A DNA stretch of 64,000 bases from a virus. Location of the stretch: the IMG/VR virus record IMGVR_UViG_3300024258_000005; one strand, 5' to 3'. The notes beneath the pieces are model-generated. The model did not search any database. It was not told the origin of the DNA and was given only the letters and a program-made list of their open reading frames with translations. The position numbers and the translations under genes were made by a program. This document shows, one piece after another, positions 30,167-38,610 of this stretch. Position 1 is the first letter of the stretch. Each line of letters begins with the position of its first letter.

Positions 30167-30997
30167 CTACACTATTGGCATAGCAGTAGCAACTAATCCA
30201 AGTTTTGCTCTAAATACATTCTCAATACTCACAATATTAAGAGATGTAACTTTAGTTACATCTAATTTATTTGCTTGGATATCAGTAATAGAAGTTTCGT
30301 TTGCTTCAACACGATTTTCTAAATCACCAATTGAACCAACACCTCCACCTGTAATTTCTGTAATTTGTTCTTGTAGTGCAACGTCAGCATCAGTACGAGC
30401 AGCAGTCTCAACATCTACAGCATCTTTAACAGATTTAGCAACAGAACCAACAACAGTATCATCGCCGTTTAAAACATCTAGTTCACCTTCAGTAGCAGTG
30501 ATTGCAGCAGATTGCGCAGCATCAACAGCTTCAGTCGCAGCCATACGAGTCTCTTGTACAAGTTTATCCTCCTCAAGAGCAGCAACTCTTGCCTCACCCT
30601 CAATAAGTGCATTATTAATTACAGTATCAAGAGCAGCTTCAGCAGTTTCAGCACGTAGTTGTTCAGCATCAATTTTATTATTTAGAACAGCTTCAGCAGC
30701 TTCAGCACGTACAGTTTCAGCAGTGATTTGACTTCCAAGAGCAGCAGTATTTCCTTCAACCGTAGTTAAACGACCTTCTAATCCAGATATTTGAGTAATG
30801 ATATTTTGCCCAACAGTAATTTCTCCGTCACCAACACCATCAAGTGCAACATCAATCGCAGAAAGTTTGTCTTGTAGTGTAGCTACATCCGTGTTATGAA
30901 TAGATGCAAATTCAGAAATTTTCTGTGTTACATACTCATCTACAGAAAGCCCCATTGCTTCCATTAACTCAATTAGTTTTAGTTCTAATTCATTCAT
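30167..30997 (-). CDS. Coiled-coil fibre/whisker-like protein
   Basis: ETVRAEAAE / EQLRAETAE / ETRMAATE repeats and GSVAKSVKDAV motif typical of phage coiled-coil fibres. Confidence 0.7.
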   Translation of the reverse strand: MNELELKLIELMEAMGLSVDEYVTQKISEFASIHNTDVATLQDKLSAIDVALDGVGDGEITVGQNIITQISGLEGRLTTVEGNTAALGSQITAETVRAEAAEAVLNNKIDAEQLRAETAEAALDTVINNALIEGEARVAALEEDKLVQETRMAATEAVDAAQSAAITATEGELDVLNGDDTVVGSVAKSVKDAVDVETAARTDADVALQEQITEITGGGVGSIGDLENRVEANETSITDIQANKLDVTKVTSLNIVSIENVFRAKLGLVATAMPIV

Positions 30998-31005
30998 TTA
31001 TAATC

Positions 31006-31395
31006 CTATGATTTAATTTTAGTTTTGACGACATTGCGGTCAATTTTTTTACAAATAGTATAAAACTCAGATTTTTGTTCAGATATTATTCTATAGTATT
31101 TACATAGTTTATTGCCTTTAATTTTAACGTTTATTAAATTCATTCGATCAATTGGATATATGTTTTTATTAATAATTTGTTCTTTGTAAATAATTTGTAA
31201 ATTATTTGTTTTAGCATTATTTATATAAATAAAATAGATCAGTAAACCGAACATCAAGAAAGAAACAATCCCTAATATAATAAACATTTGAATAGTTTTA
31301 TAAATAGGGTTTGTTTCTTTTTCAATTTTAACTTTAGTATTGACGGCTAATGCTTCAGCAAGCTCTTCGAGCTTTGATTGTAATTCGTTTTCCAT
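31006..31395 (-). CDS. Small membrane protein (one TM helix)
   Basis: IQMFIILGIVSFLMFGLLIYFIYI; N-terminus resembles that of the 276-aa fibre. Confidence 0.55.
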   Translation of the reverse strand: MENELQSKLEELAEALAVNTKVKIEKETNPIYKTIQMFIILGIVSFLMFGLLIYFIYINNAKTNNLQIIYKEQIINKNIYPIDRMNLINVKIKGNKLCKYYRIISEQKSEFYTICKKIDRNVVKTKIKS

Positions 31396-31640
31396 ATTGT
31401 ACTTCCATAATTTTTATCTTGACCAATAGTATTCCACATACCCGTCAATTCTTTGATTTTATATTCTGTTCCATCACTATATATAGCATAAAGTATATCT
31501 TTATTAAATATGTCTTCTTCTGTATTATTATCTAATAAATTTAATGATTCTTTTCTCCAAATATCTTCATGTATAAATACAAGAATTTTAGAATAACTAT
31601 GGGTGTCACTTACAATTTGATTTAATTCGTTTCCTGTCAT
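31347..31640 (-). CDS. Hypothetical protein, 97 aa
   Basis: RBS AAGGA; overlaps the next ORF by 49 nt. Confidence 0.5.
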   Translation of the reverse strand: MTGNELNQIVSDTHSYSKILVFIHEDIWRKESLNLLDNNTEEDIFNKDILYAIYSDGTEYKIKELTGMWNTIGQDKNYGSTIWKTNYNQSSKSLLKH

Positions 31641-31650
31641 ATGTATCCTT

Positions 31651-31698
31651 TAATTCTCTGTTGTATCTTTCTTCGAAGAAAGATACAACAGAGAATTA
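31651..31698. repeat. 48-bp perfect palindrome
   Basis: TAATTCTCTGTTGTATCTTTCTTC|GAAGAAAGATACAACAGAGAATTA. Confidence 0.92.
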
Positions 31699-31703
31699 TT
31701 AAA

Positions 31704-31727
31704 CTAACCCAGCCTAAGCTGGGTTAG
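31704..31727 (-). terminator. Rho-independent terminator overlapping the stop of the 534-aa gene
   Basis: CTAACCCAGC-CTAA-GCTGGGTTAG, followed by TTTAAT on the minus strand. Confidence 0.75.
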
Positions 31728-33318
31728 AGTAGTTTCTTTCCAATGAAGCAACCAGTGAAACACTATTTGCATTTGAACGACCAATTGTCGAAGTTGCTTT
31801 TACATATTGAGCTTTATCAAGTCCAATTGCAACAACTGTTACAGCTGCATCTTGTGCAGATGTTCTACCACCTTGTACATTACCATCATAATCAAATGTG
31901 AATTGTACTTCAGAACCAGTAACATTACCAGCAATATCTACATCTTCATTATCTTGAACGATAAGAGCATCAACATCACCAAAGTTGTTACCATTAGCAT
32001 CTGTAAAGAACATTCTATAAACTGCACCTGAATCATCTACAAGATTCTGATTGAAGTTAATACTACCTGCGGCAACGAATGGGAATACACGTTTTACACC
32101 TGTATTATCATAGAACTCAAGTCTATTGATATCTGTTGAACTAAAGTCATCAATAAAAACACCTTGAGAAGTTACAAGAGTATCCCCAACAAACTTAAGA
32201 AGTGAACTTGCAGTTTTACCAATAACGCTGCCAGCTCCCGCATCAATATCAGAATTTTGTCTTAGAGACCATTCTACGAATTCGTAGATTTCTTCTGCTG
32301 AAGGATAAGCTCCATTATTAGCAACATCGGCATCAATAATAACATCGAAATCATATGCACTTGCACCAATAATACGAGACTGTGGAGAAGCATAATACGT
32401 AATACTCATATCAGCATAAAGACCAGTATCAGCAGTACCATTAGTATCAGCATCAATTTCAGTATCGACGTGAGTAATTTTCAGGTCATCTGCATTCGCT
32501 AGTGGAAAACGATAAGCTTGGTATGTAAAAGTTGCAACCCCGATATCCCCAAGTTCTGACTGAGCGTAAAGTTTTGCTTGCTCACGAACAAAGATTTTGT
32601 AATATTGACGTGCATCCGCAACTATCTCGATATTAGCCCCTGCTGCCTCATCTGTTAGTGTTCCTGATTCTTCAACAACCATTGATAAATAATCTGGTGA
32701 AATACTTAAAATTGTATACGTACTATTATTTGACACTGAACCAGTTACTGTAATAACTTCACCTGGAGCGAAAGTTGTTATGGGTACAGTACTTGAAATT
32801 GTATCAGAAGCATTATCAAAAGATATTGTGTTTCCTGAAGAATTTCCATAAACTTTAACACACTGATTAACTGCTCCTGGTAATACAACATTTGTTGCAT
32901 GTCCTGAACTAGTTTGTTGAAAGTAAACCTGATCGGCTCCACCAATAGAACCTAGTGTAATAATTCCTGCGAATTCTGAACTAGATGTACCATCTGCATT
33001 TTTAACTGCGAATCCACCATCACGGAATAAGTTTACAGTTTCAATGTTAGCTGGTTGCCAAGTATCAACGAATTCGAATTGTTCTGGTGTAATTGCAACC
33101 ATTGGGAACGGGAACTTGATAAGATTTGGATCTGTTTTCCACTCTTCTTTTAAATAAGAATAGAATGCTTGAATAGAAACACCATCAGCTGAAAGTGAGC
33201 CAAAGATATCAGTACTAATAGAGAAAGTAGCTGTATCAATCCAAATATTACCATCAATACCTAATTGTGGTAAAGTTGTACTACGAACCAGTAAGTCTGG
33301 GTCTATAATTTTTGCCAT
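31714..33318 (-). CDS. Structural hypothetical protein, 534 aa, lead member of the paralogous domain family
   Basis: MAKIIDPDLL...IQAFYSYLKEEWK...NLIKFPFPMVAITPEQFEF; own late-type promoter and terminator. Confidence 0.7.
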   Translation of the reverse strand: MAKIIDPDLLVRSTTLPQLGIDGNIWIDTATFSISTDIFGSLSADGVSIQAFYSYLKEEWKTDPNLIKFPFPMVAITPEQFEFVDTWQPANIETVNLFRDGGFAVKNADGTSSSEFAGIITLGSIGGADQVYFQQTSSGHATNVVLPGAVNQCVKVYGNSSGNTISFDNASDTISSTVPITTFAPGEVITVTGSVSNNSTYTILSISPDYLSMVVEESGTLTDEAAGANIEIVADARQYYKIFVREQAKLYAQSELGDIGVATFTYQAYRFPLANADDLKITHVDTEIDADTNGTADTGLYADMSITYYASPQSRIIGASAYDFDVIIDADVANNGAYPSAEEIYEFVEWSLRQNSDIDAGAGSVIGKTASSLLKFVGDTLVTSQGVFIDDFSSTDINRLEFYDNTGVKRVFPFVAAGSINFNQNLVDDSGAVYRMFFTDANGNNFGDVDALIVQDNEDVDIAGNVTGSEVQFTFDYDGNVQGGRTSAQDAAVTVVAIGLDKAQYVKATSTIGRSNANSVSLVASLERNYSNPA

Positions 33319-33384
33319 AATTTTGTCCTTTTTATTTTATGCATAAAATAATAAATAATTTACAAGAGAATTTCTCTCTATGAT

Positions 33385-33393
33385 TATTTGTTA
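33385..33393 (-). promoter_or_regulatory. Candidate late promoter TAACAAATA
   Basis: ~67 nt upstream of ATG 33318. Confidence 0.55.
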
Positions 33394-33489
33394 TAGGCAT
33401 AGAATATCCTAAGCGCGGAATCGGCGAAAATTAAAATGTTTTAGCGCTGTAATGTTGTGCATTAGAAATGCTTTGATTCCTTGTATAAT

Positions 33490-34272
33490 TCATAATGACT
33501 CATTATAATCATTAAATGCTTGTAGTAAAGCATGTTCATGATCTTTAAGAGTAGCACAAAGATCTTTATCAAGACATGCACTAAAATCATCCGCATTTTT
33601 AGTTAAACTTTGACCATATCCTCTATAACCATTGTGTGAAATATTTTCTTGATTAGGAGTAGGTATGTTTTTCATCATAGAAGACATCTTTAATGAGTTA
33701 CCTGTTATATCTTGAATCATTTCCCAGAATAGAACTTTACTTGCTAGAAGAATATTTCTTGTATATTTAAAATCAATAGCTTCTTTCATTGAACAATGTT
33801 CAAATTTTAATCCTTCTACTCTTGTGTTGTATTTAAAATTCGTTTTATAAAATTCTTCTACAAGCTTAGTATTAATAATATTACCACCGAGTACAAAATA
33901 ATTTTGATTATAGAAATCTTCATTAGCTGAACGTTGATTTAAAAATTCAGGAGACATTACTATATTTAATTTGTCTGTGTACTGTAATATGTTTGAATAA
34001 AGGACAGTACTTTTTATTATAACAGTTCCCATAAATTCTCTATCTTCTAATGCATCAAGTACTCTATGTAATACCATAGGATTTTGATCACCACTAGAAA
34101 GCATAGGTGTATTAACACATACAATAACTATACTATCTTTACTATTCATGATAGGAGTTTCTTTTGAAAATATTTCAGTACTTTCATCAAATACTTCAAT
34201 TCCTTTACCTATATAACTATTATACAATGCTCCACCAACAACACCTAAACCTATAAGTGTATGATTAAACAT
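33490..34272 (-). CDS. UDP-glucose/GDP-mannose dehydrogenase family protein (short form)
   Basis: IGLGVVG Rossmann motif, VCVNTP, IIKSTV, SPEFL, catalytic K (KYTRN) and C (CLDKD). Confidence 0.88.
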   Translation of the reverse strand: MFNHTLIGLGVVGGALYNSYIGKGIEVFDESTEIFSKETPIMNSKDSIVIVCVNTPMLSSGDQNPMVLHRVLDALEDREFMGTVIIKSTVLYSNILQYTDKLNIVMSPEFLNQRSANEDFYNQNYFVLGGNIINTKLVEEFYKTNFKYNTRVEGLKFEHCSMKEAIDFKYTRNILLASKVLFWEMIQDITGNSLKMSSMMKNIPTPNQENISHNGYRGYGQSLTKNADDFSACLDKDLCATLKDHEHALLQAFNDYNESL

Positions 34273-35290
34273 CTTCGGCCTCGTCTTCTAAAGCAATCTC
34301 AGCATCCTCAATTTCTTCTTCTTCACCTTTAATATTATAAAGTATATCATCTAAAGAAATATTTTCCACTTCCATATCAAGAAGTAATTCATTATCCATT
34401 TTAAGGACTCTGTTTTTTAAAGCATTTGATTCTTTATAATCTTCACTCTGTTCAATAACAGAGTTAGATTCAAATATTTGAATTATCTTCTCTGCTAAAA
34501 TAGTTGCATAGCAAACATTATAAACATTTCCAATATTAAAATCACCAAGATTAAAAGGAGAATTCTCTCTTTCAAGCATTAAGTGAATACCAATAGGTAC
34601 TATATAATCAATAGCTTCTCTTATATCACAATAGCTTCTTACACCATCTTCTAATATAATTAAAGGTTCATTTTTTAAAGCAGCTTCTATAAATGTAGGA
34701 ACTACCATACCTTTTGTTGTTTGACCTTTACCAATAACATTGAAAAATCTAATAATAGCACTAGGATATGTTCCAGTACCAAAAAGAAATTCCCCATGTA
34801 CTTTAGCAGCAGCATATGACCAACGAGGAGAATCTTCAAGCTTCTTAATTTTATAAATTGATTCATCATCAATTGTTCCAGAACCATGAACTTCACTAGA
34901 AGAACTATATACTACTGGAATATTAAATTTCTCACAAACTTCATCTACAAACATATTAATCTTTGTAGCTTCTCTTAATGTTTCACCTGAGTTATTAGTA
35001 ATTGTTTTAACTCCAACTGGACTAGCAAGGTGATAAATTAAACTGACATCTTTAAATGTATCTAATTGTCTATATAAACGTTCATCACTAAAATCCATAG
35101 TAAATAATTCTAATCTTTCTTCTAATTCTTTAATTTCATCACCAACACAAGAATCCCGAAAATCTTTAAGTACTTGACTAGGTTCTAGCATCTTATCGCC
35201 ACCAATTACATGATAGCCTTTTTTAAATAAATCAATTGCTAAATGGCTTCCTATGAATCCACTAGCACCTGTTATAAATATCTTTTTCAT
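34265..35290 (-). CDS. Extended SDR, NAD-dependent nucleotide-sugar epimerase/decarboxylase (UXS/ArnA-like)
   Basis: ITGASGFIGSHL, YHLASPVGV, SSSSEVHG, RWSYAAAK (YxxxK), RFFNVIG. Confidence 0.9.
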   Translation of the reverse strand: MKKIFITGASGFIGSHLAIDLFKKGYHVIGGDKMLEPSQVLKDFRDSCVGDEIKELEERLELFTMDFSDERLYRQLDTFKDVSLIYHLASPVGVKTITNNSGETLREATKINMFVDEVCEKFNIPVVYSSSSEVHGSGTIDDESIYKIKKLEDSPRWSYAAAKVHGEFLFGTGTYPSAIIRFFNVIGKGQTTKGMVVPTFIEAALKNEPLIILEDGVRSYCDIREAIDYIVPIGIHLMLERENSPFNLGDFNIGNVYNVCYATILAEKIIQIFESNSVIEQSEDYKESNALKNRVLKMDNELLLDMEVENISLDDILYNIKGEEEEIEDAEIALEDEAEDV

Positions 35291-35291
35291 A

Positions 35292-36089
35292 TTACACCTT
35301 CTTTATATATTGTAAAACACTTGAACCTCTAGTTTGAAAAGAATGTCCTATTGCCATAATTTTAATAGGACATTCTTCTTCATTAATAACTTCTTCAATT
35401 ACTTCCCCTAGCTCGTTAAACACCTTAAACACCACATCACCTGGTTGAACAATATCATTTATATCTTTAATGAAATCAATAAATCCTGTTTCTAATGTAT
35501 GCAAACTTTGTAGCTTCTGCTCATCAACTATCATAGAATCTGGAAATTTTTGTATAGCATCAACCAATGAAATAATATCACCTGTTGCTATTTTTAATTC
35601 TTTTGAATTATTTAAAGTACTCATACCTGAAAATTCATATGTAATACCAATTTTACCAATTTGATTAGTATAATCTTTTATTGTTCCACCTACTGAATAT
35701 CTAGAAGCATATTCAACACCAGCACTTTTACATAAGCTTTGAATTGTATAATCTTTTGATATATCAACTAAACAAAAATTAGCACATCTATGTGAGTTAT
35801 GAATATCTATAACAACATCATATTCATCAATCAATTCTTTAATCTTTGTTGTTACCTTACCATGTGTTTCAATTTCGTCTTTGAAGCTTCTATTTAAATC
35901 ATATGATGAATTTGAGGGTTGAACTTCTCTTTCATTGCAAATTAGACCTGATTCATTTAAAAAAGGAATCACTTTTATATCTGGATCATTATAATATTTC
36001 TTTAGTTTAATGCCCAGTTGTACAGCGCTCATTTCATTACCATGAGTTCCTGAGAGTATTAATATTTTTATATTTTTCATATTTTTCAT
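35292..36089 (-). CDS. M14-type deacylase (succinylglutamate desuccinylase/aspartoacylase family)
   Basis: SGTHGNE, DLNRSF, VIDIHNS Zn-binding motifs. Confidence 0.88.
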   Translation of the reverse strand: MKNMKNIKILILSGTHGNEMSAVQLGIKLKKYYNDPDIKVIPFLNESGLICNEREVQPSNSSYDLNRSFKDEIETHGKVTTKIKELIDEYDVVIDIHNSHRCANFCLVDISKDYTIQSLCKSAGVEYASRYSVGGTIKDYTNQIGKIGITYEFSGMSTLNNSKELKIATGDIISLVDAIQKFPDSMIVDEQKLQSLHTLETGFIDFIKDINDIVQPGDVVFKVFNELGEVIEEVINEEECPIKIMAIGHSFQTRGSSVLQYIKKV

Positions 36090-36097
36090 ATTTATAA

Positions 36098-36226
36098 TTA
36101 TCCTATTTTTATTCTATTTTTGAATTGAGTTGTTATTGAATCACTATCTATTGGATGAATTCCTTCACCCATAGCTAAACCGGTGCCTAATGCTCTTAAA
36201 AAAACTCTTCTATTTACTGTTCCCAT
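36098..36226 (-). CDS. 42-aa microprotein with a twin-arginine (Tat)-like motif
   Basis: Below the ORF-track cutoff: MGTVNRRVFLRALGTGLAMGEGIHPIDSDSITTQFKNRIKIG. ATG directly follows the upstream TAA; RBS AAGGA 7 nt upstream; fills the gap exactly. Confidence 0.65.
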   Translation of the reverse strand: MGTVNRRVFLRALGTGLAMGEGIHPIDSDSITTQFKNRIKIG

Positions 36227-36943
36227 TTATATTCCTTTTTTAAATTGTACTGCCATTCTATAAGCATCATCTAATGTTTTAGCTGTCCAACAACCTTCTC
36301 CATACTCATCAGGATACATCGTCCAAATAGCATGATTCAAAGGTTCTCTTCCAATCTGTTCACCTTTAAAATTAGTTTGTATGTTTAAAATAAAACCTAA
36401 TCTACCTGAGCTTAATTGAGCAACTGTTGAAATTGCTTCTGTTAGACCTTCTGATAATTCATTTACTAACTCTCCTGCATCTGAGGGTATGGTGTCTAAG
36501 GTGTTTAAGGATTCGTCAGGGTTTTGAACATCTCTTTCAATTGAAAGTAATGTTTTATTCCAGTTTGGTTCTTCTGATTCTTCCATCCAATAATTAGTGG
36601 TCTTCTTTTCAAAGTCTTCTTTTGATATTGGATTATATGCAATATCACCTTCTTTAACTTCTGACCCAATTCCAAAACCAAATATTGCTCTATGACTCCA
36701 ACTATACCATTTTTGATTAGCTTCTGAGAATCCAATCGAATTGCTAAAAGTATCAATTTTGTAATCTAAAAGAAATTTAAATTCAAGCATTACCTCTGGG
36801 ACTTCATTAACTAGATATTCTTTTGAGATTTTATGAATCCAGCATTTACCAAAATCCATGCCATTTGAATTATATTGAATTAATTCAAAACCATTCTTAG
36901 CAAATAATTCCTCTAGTTTAACTAAATTTTTCTTACGTCCCAT
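36227..36943 (-). CDS. Phage hypothetical protein, 238 aa
   Basis: KWYSWSHRAIFGFGIG...AKTLDDAYRMA; no function assignable. Confidence 0.65.
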   Translation of the reverse strand: MGRKKNLVKLEELFAKNGFELIQYNSNGMDFGKCWIHKISKEYLVNEVPEVMLEFKFLLDYKIDTFSNSIGFSEANQKWYSWSHRAIFGFGIGSEVKEGDIAYNPISKEDFEKKTTNYWMEESEEPNWNKTLLSIERDVQNPDESLNTLDTIPSDAGELVNELSEGLTEAISTVAQLSSGRLGFILNIQTNFKGEQIGREPLNHAIWTMYPDEYGEGCWTAKTLDDAYRMAVQFKKGI

Positions 36944-36962
36944 AGATAATCCTTTCTATATT

Positions 36963-37130
36963 ATTTCTATAGTAAAAATTTAGTTATCTTTATAGATATC
37001 TAAATTTTTCTATCTTTTAGGGTAATTGAGAAATTTACCATAGAAATTTCGTAATTTCTATATTAGATTTTCGATCTATAAAGATCGCAGTTTTTTTATG
37101 AAATGATCTTTAAAGATCGAAAGACAAGAG
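36963..37130. repeat. Dispersed intergenic element copy 2 with class-2 promoter motif
   Basis: ATTTCTATAGTAA 36963-36975; TATCTTTTAGGGTAA 37011-37025; inverted TTACCATAGAAAT 37035-37047; GATCTTTAAAGATC 37105-37118; AAAGACAAGAG 37120-37130. Confidence 0.85.
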
Positions 37131-37133
37131 TTA

Positions 37134-37156
37134 CTCAAAGACTTTGAGTCTTTGAG
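37134..37156 (-). terminator. Hairpin after the DegT-like gene
   Basis: CTCAAAGACT-TTG-AGTCTTTGAG. Confidence 0.65.
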
Positions 37157-37166
37157 CTTAATTCTT

Positions 37167-37784
37167 CTAATTATAATTAATTTTGCTTATGTCTGGATAA
37201 TCTTCTGATGATCCAATTATGAAATCTTTAGTCTTTAATTGGTTTAAAATTAAAATACCTTTTGCTGCCTCATCTGGGGACATATACATATGATATCCCA
37301 TTATGATATTTTTTAAATCTTCTGAAGTTGTTACAGAGGAATCTCTACCATCATGAGTCATTCTTTTGAGCATTAAATAATCATTATAATTATCTAATAG
37401 AATTGCTCCACCTTTACCTATGTTTAATGTCTTCTTTTGTTGAAAACTTAAACATTGATATTGACTAGCAATATACATATTCTCTTTGAATCCAACAGCA
37501 CAATCATATATATCATATCCTAAGTTATATTTTTCTTCCCAAGTATAATCTACATAATCAAAATTAATTTGGTTATGTAAAAGCATTTGAGGAACACTAA
37601 GGTATGTTTTATTTGGAACAAAAAGCTTTGATGTACTTGTAAGTTCTTTTTTAAGTCTAAGTAACATTAAACATAAAAAGATTGCGTTTGTACATGAACT
37701 AGTTAGTACTACATAAGGAGCACATGTAAACGCTTGAAGTCTTTTTTCGAACATATCATTAAAATCATTATTGTTATTTATCAT
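37167..37784 (-). CDS. DegT/DnrJ/EryC1/StrS PLP aminotransferase, short (205 aa)
   Basis: SSCTNAIFLCL, DCA (PLP Asp), LSFQQKKTLNIGKGGAIL (catalytic Lys). Confidence 0.88.
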   Translation of the reverse strand: MINNNNDFNDMFEKRLQAFTCAPYVVLTSSCTNAIFLCLMLLRLKKELTSTSKLFVPNKTYLSVPQMLLHNQINFDYVDYTWEEKYNLGYDIYDCAVGFKENMYIASQYQCLSFQQKKTLNIGKGGAILLDNYNDYLMLKRMTHDGRDSSVTTSEDLKNIIMGYHMYMSPDEAAKGILILNQLKTKDFIIGSSEDYPDISKINYN

Positions 37785-37785
37785 A

Positions 37786-38610
37786 TTATCCTCTGGTTCG
37801 TTTATTAAATTCTATTTTTTGTCTAATTTTCGTTTTAGCCCATTCATCTGTTTCTTCTACAAATAAATGTTCATGCCAAAAGATAACTTCTTTAAGTTGT
37901 TCATCACTGAACTCACTAACAGGAGAATAACCTTCTCCTAGTTGATAATGCTTGATTGTTTTCATTTCAAGTCTCTTATTATTCAACATTTTATCTGCAA
38001 CGTACTCTTCTAAGAAGAATAAACTAGCATCTTGATCTAACCAATCTTGCTCATGTTCATAACTTTTATCAAAATAAAGCTTACTGAATTCATCACAAAA
38101 TATAGTATAAAACTTAGAACTAGGTGGAGATATAGTGAATCCTGTATCTAATGGATTCTCCCATTTATCTAAATTTCGTTGACTTAAAGAACTAACATCA
38201 TCATATTGTCCTACATAAACATTACCATCAAAATATCTTTCTGGAATAGGTTTAATAATATTCATATCTAAATCAATATGTATCAATGTATCATTAAAAT
38301 ACCATTCTTCTAAAATTTTACCCACAAATGGAATCAAAAAGAAACCATATTCAAGTTGTTCAGATACAGGTAAATAATTTTCAACATAAGTAACATTAAG
38401 TTCTTTTAGTTTCAAGATAGTATCTGCACTTGGTAAATTCTTAGTTGGAGCATAACATATAATATCTACATCTTTTAAACTTCCAGCATTTTGTCTCCAT
38501 TGTTGAAAACATTTAATAGCTTCTTGTTCATACATTCTAGGAACTTTAACATTCCCAGAGTTGTTATTTATATTATTGTTATCACCTTCTATAACAGTGA
38601 ATAGTATCAT
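37786..38610 (-). CDS. GT-A glycosyltransferase-like protein (GT8-like)
   Basis: DTLIHIDLDMNIIKPI DxD motif; NPLDTGF matches the N-x-G region. Confidence 0.6.
   Translation of the reverse strand: MILFTVIEGDNNNINNNSGNVKVPRMYEQEAIKCFQQWRQNAGSLKDVDIICYAPTKNLPSADTILKLKELNVTYVENYLPVSEQLEYGFFLIPFVGKILEEWYFNDTLIHIDLDMNIIKPIPERYFDGNVYVGQYDDVSSLSQRNLDKWENPLDTGFTISPPSSKFYTIFCDEFSKLYFDKSYEHEQDWLDQDASLFFLEEYVADKMLNNKRLEMKTIKHYQLGEGYSPVSEFSDEQLKEVIFWHEHLFVEETDEWAKTKIRQKIEFNKRTRG

Noticed and set aside
27254-30731. Plus-strand ORFs in the track (e.g. 27254-27874, 30123-30731; also 23805-24251, 41962-42306, 5322-5594)
   Set aside because: All lie antisense to long, motif-bearing minus-strand genes, lack RBSs and read as codon-bias shadows.
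33395-33485. Relatively GC-rich intergenic patch as a tRNA/ncRNA or 20-aa ORF
   Set aside because: No cloverleaf or convincing stems found; the short ORF has no placed RBS.
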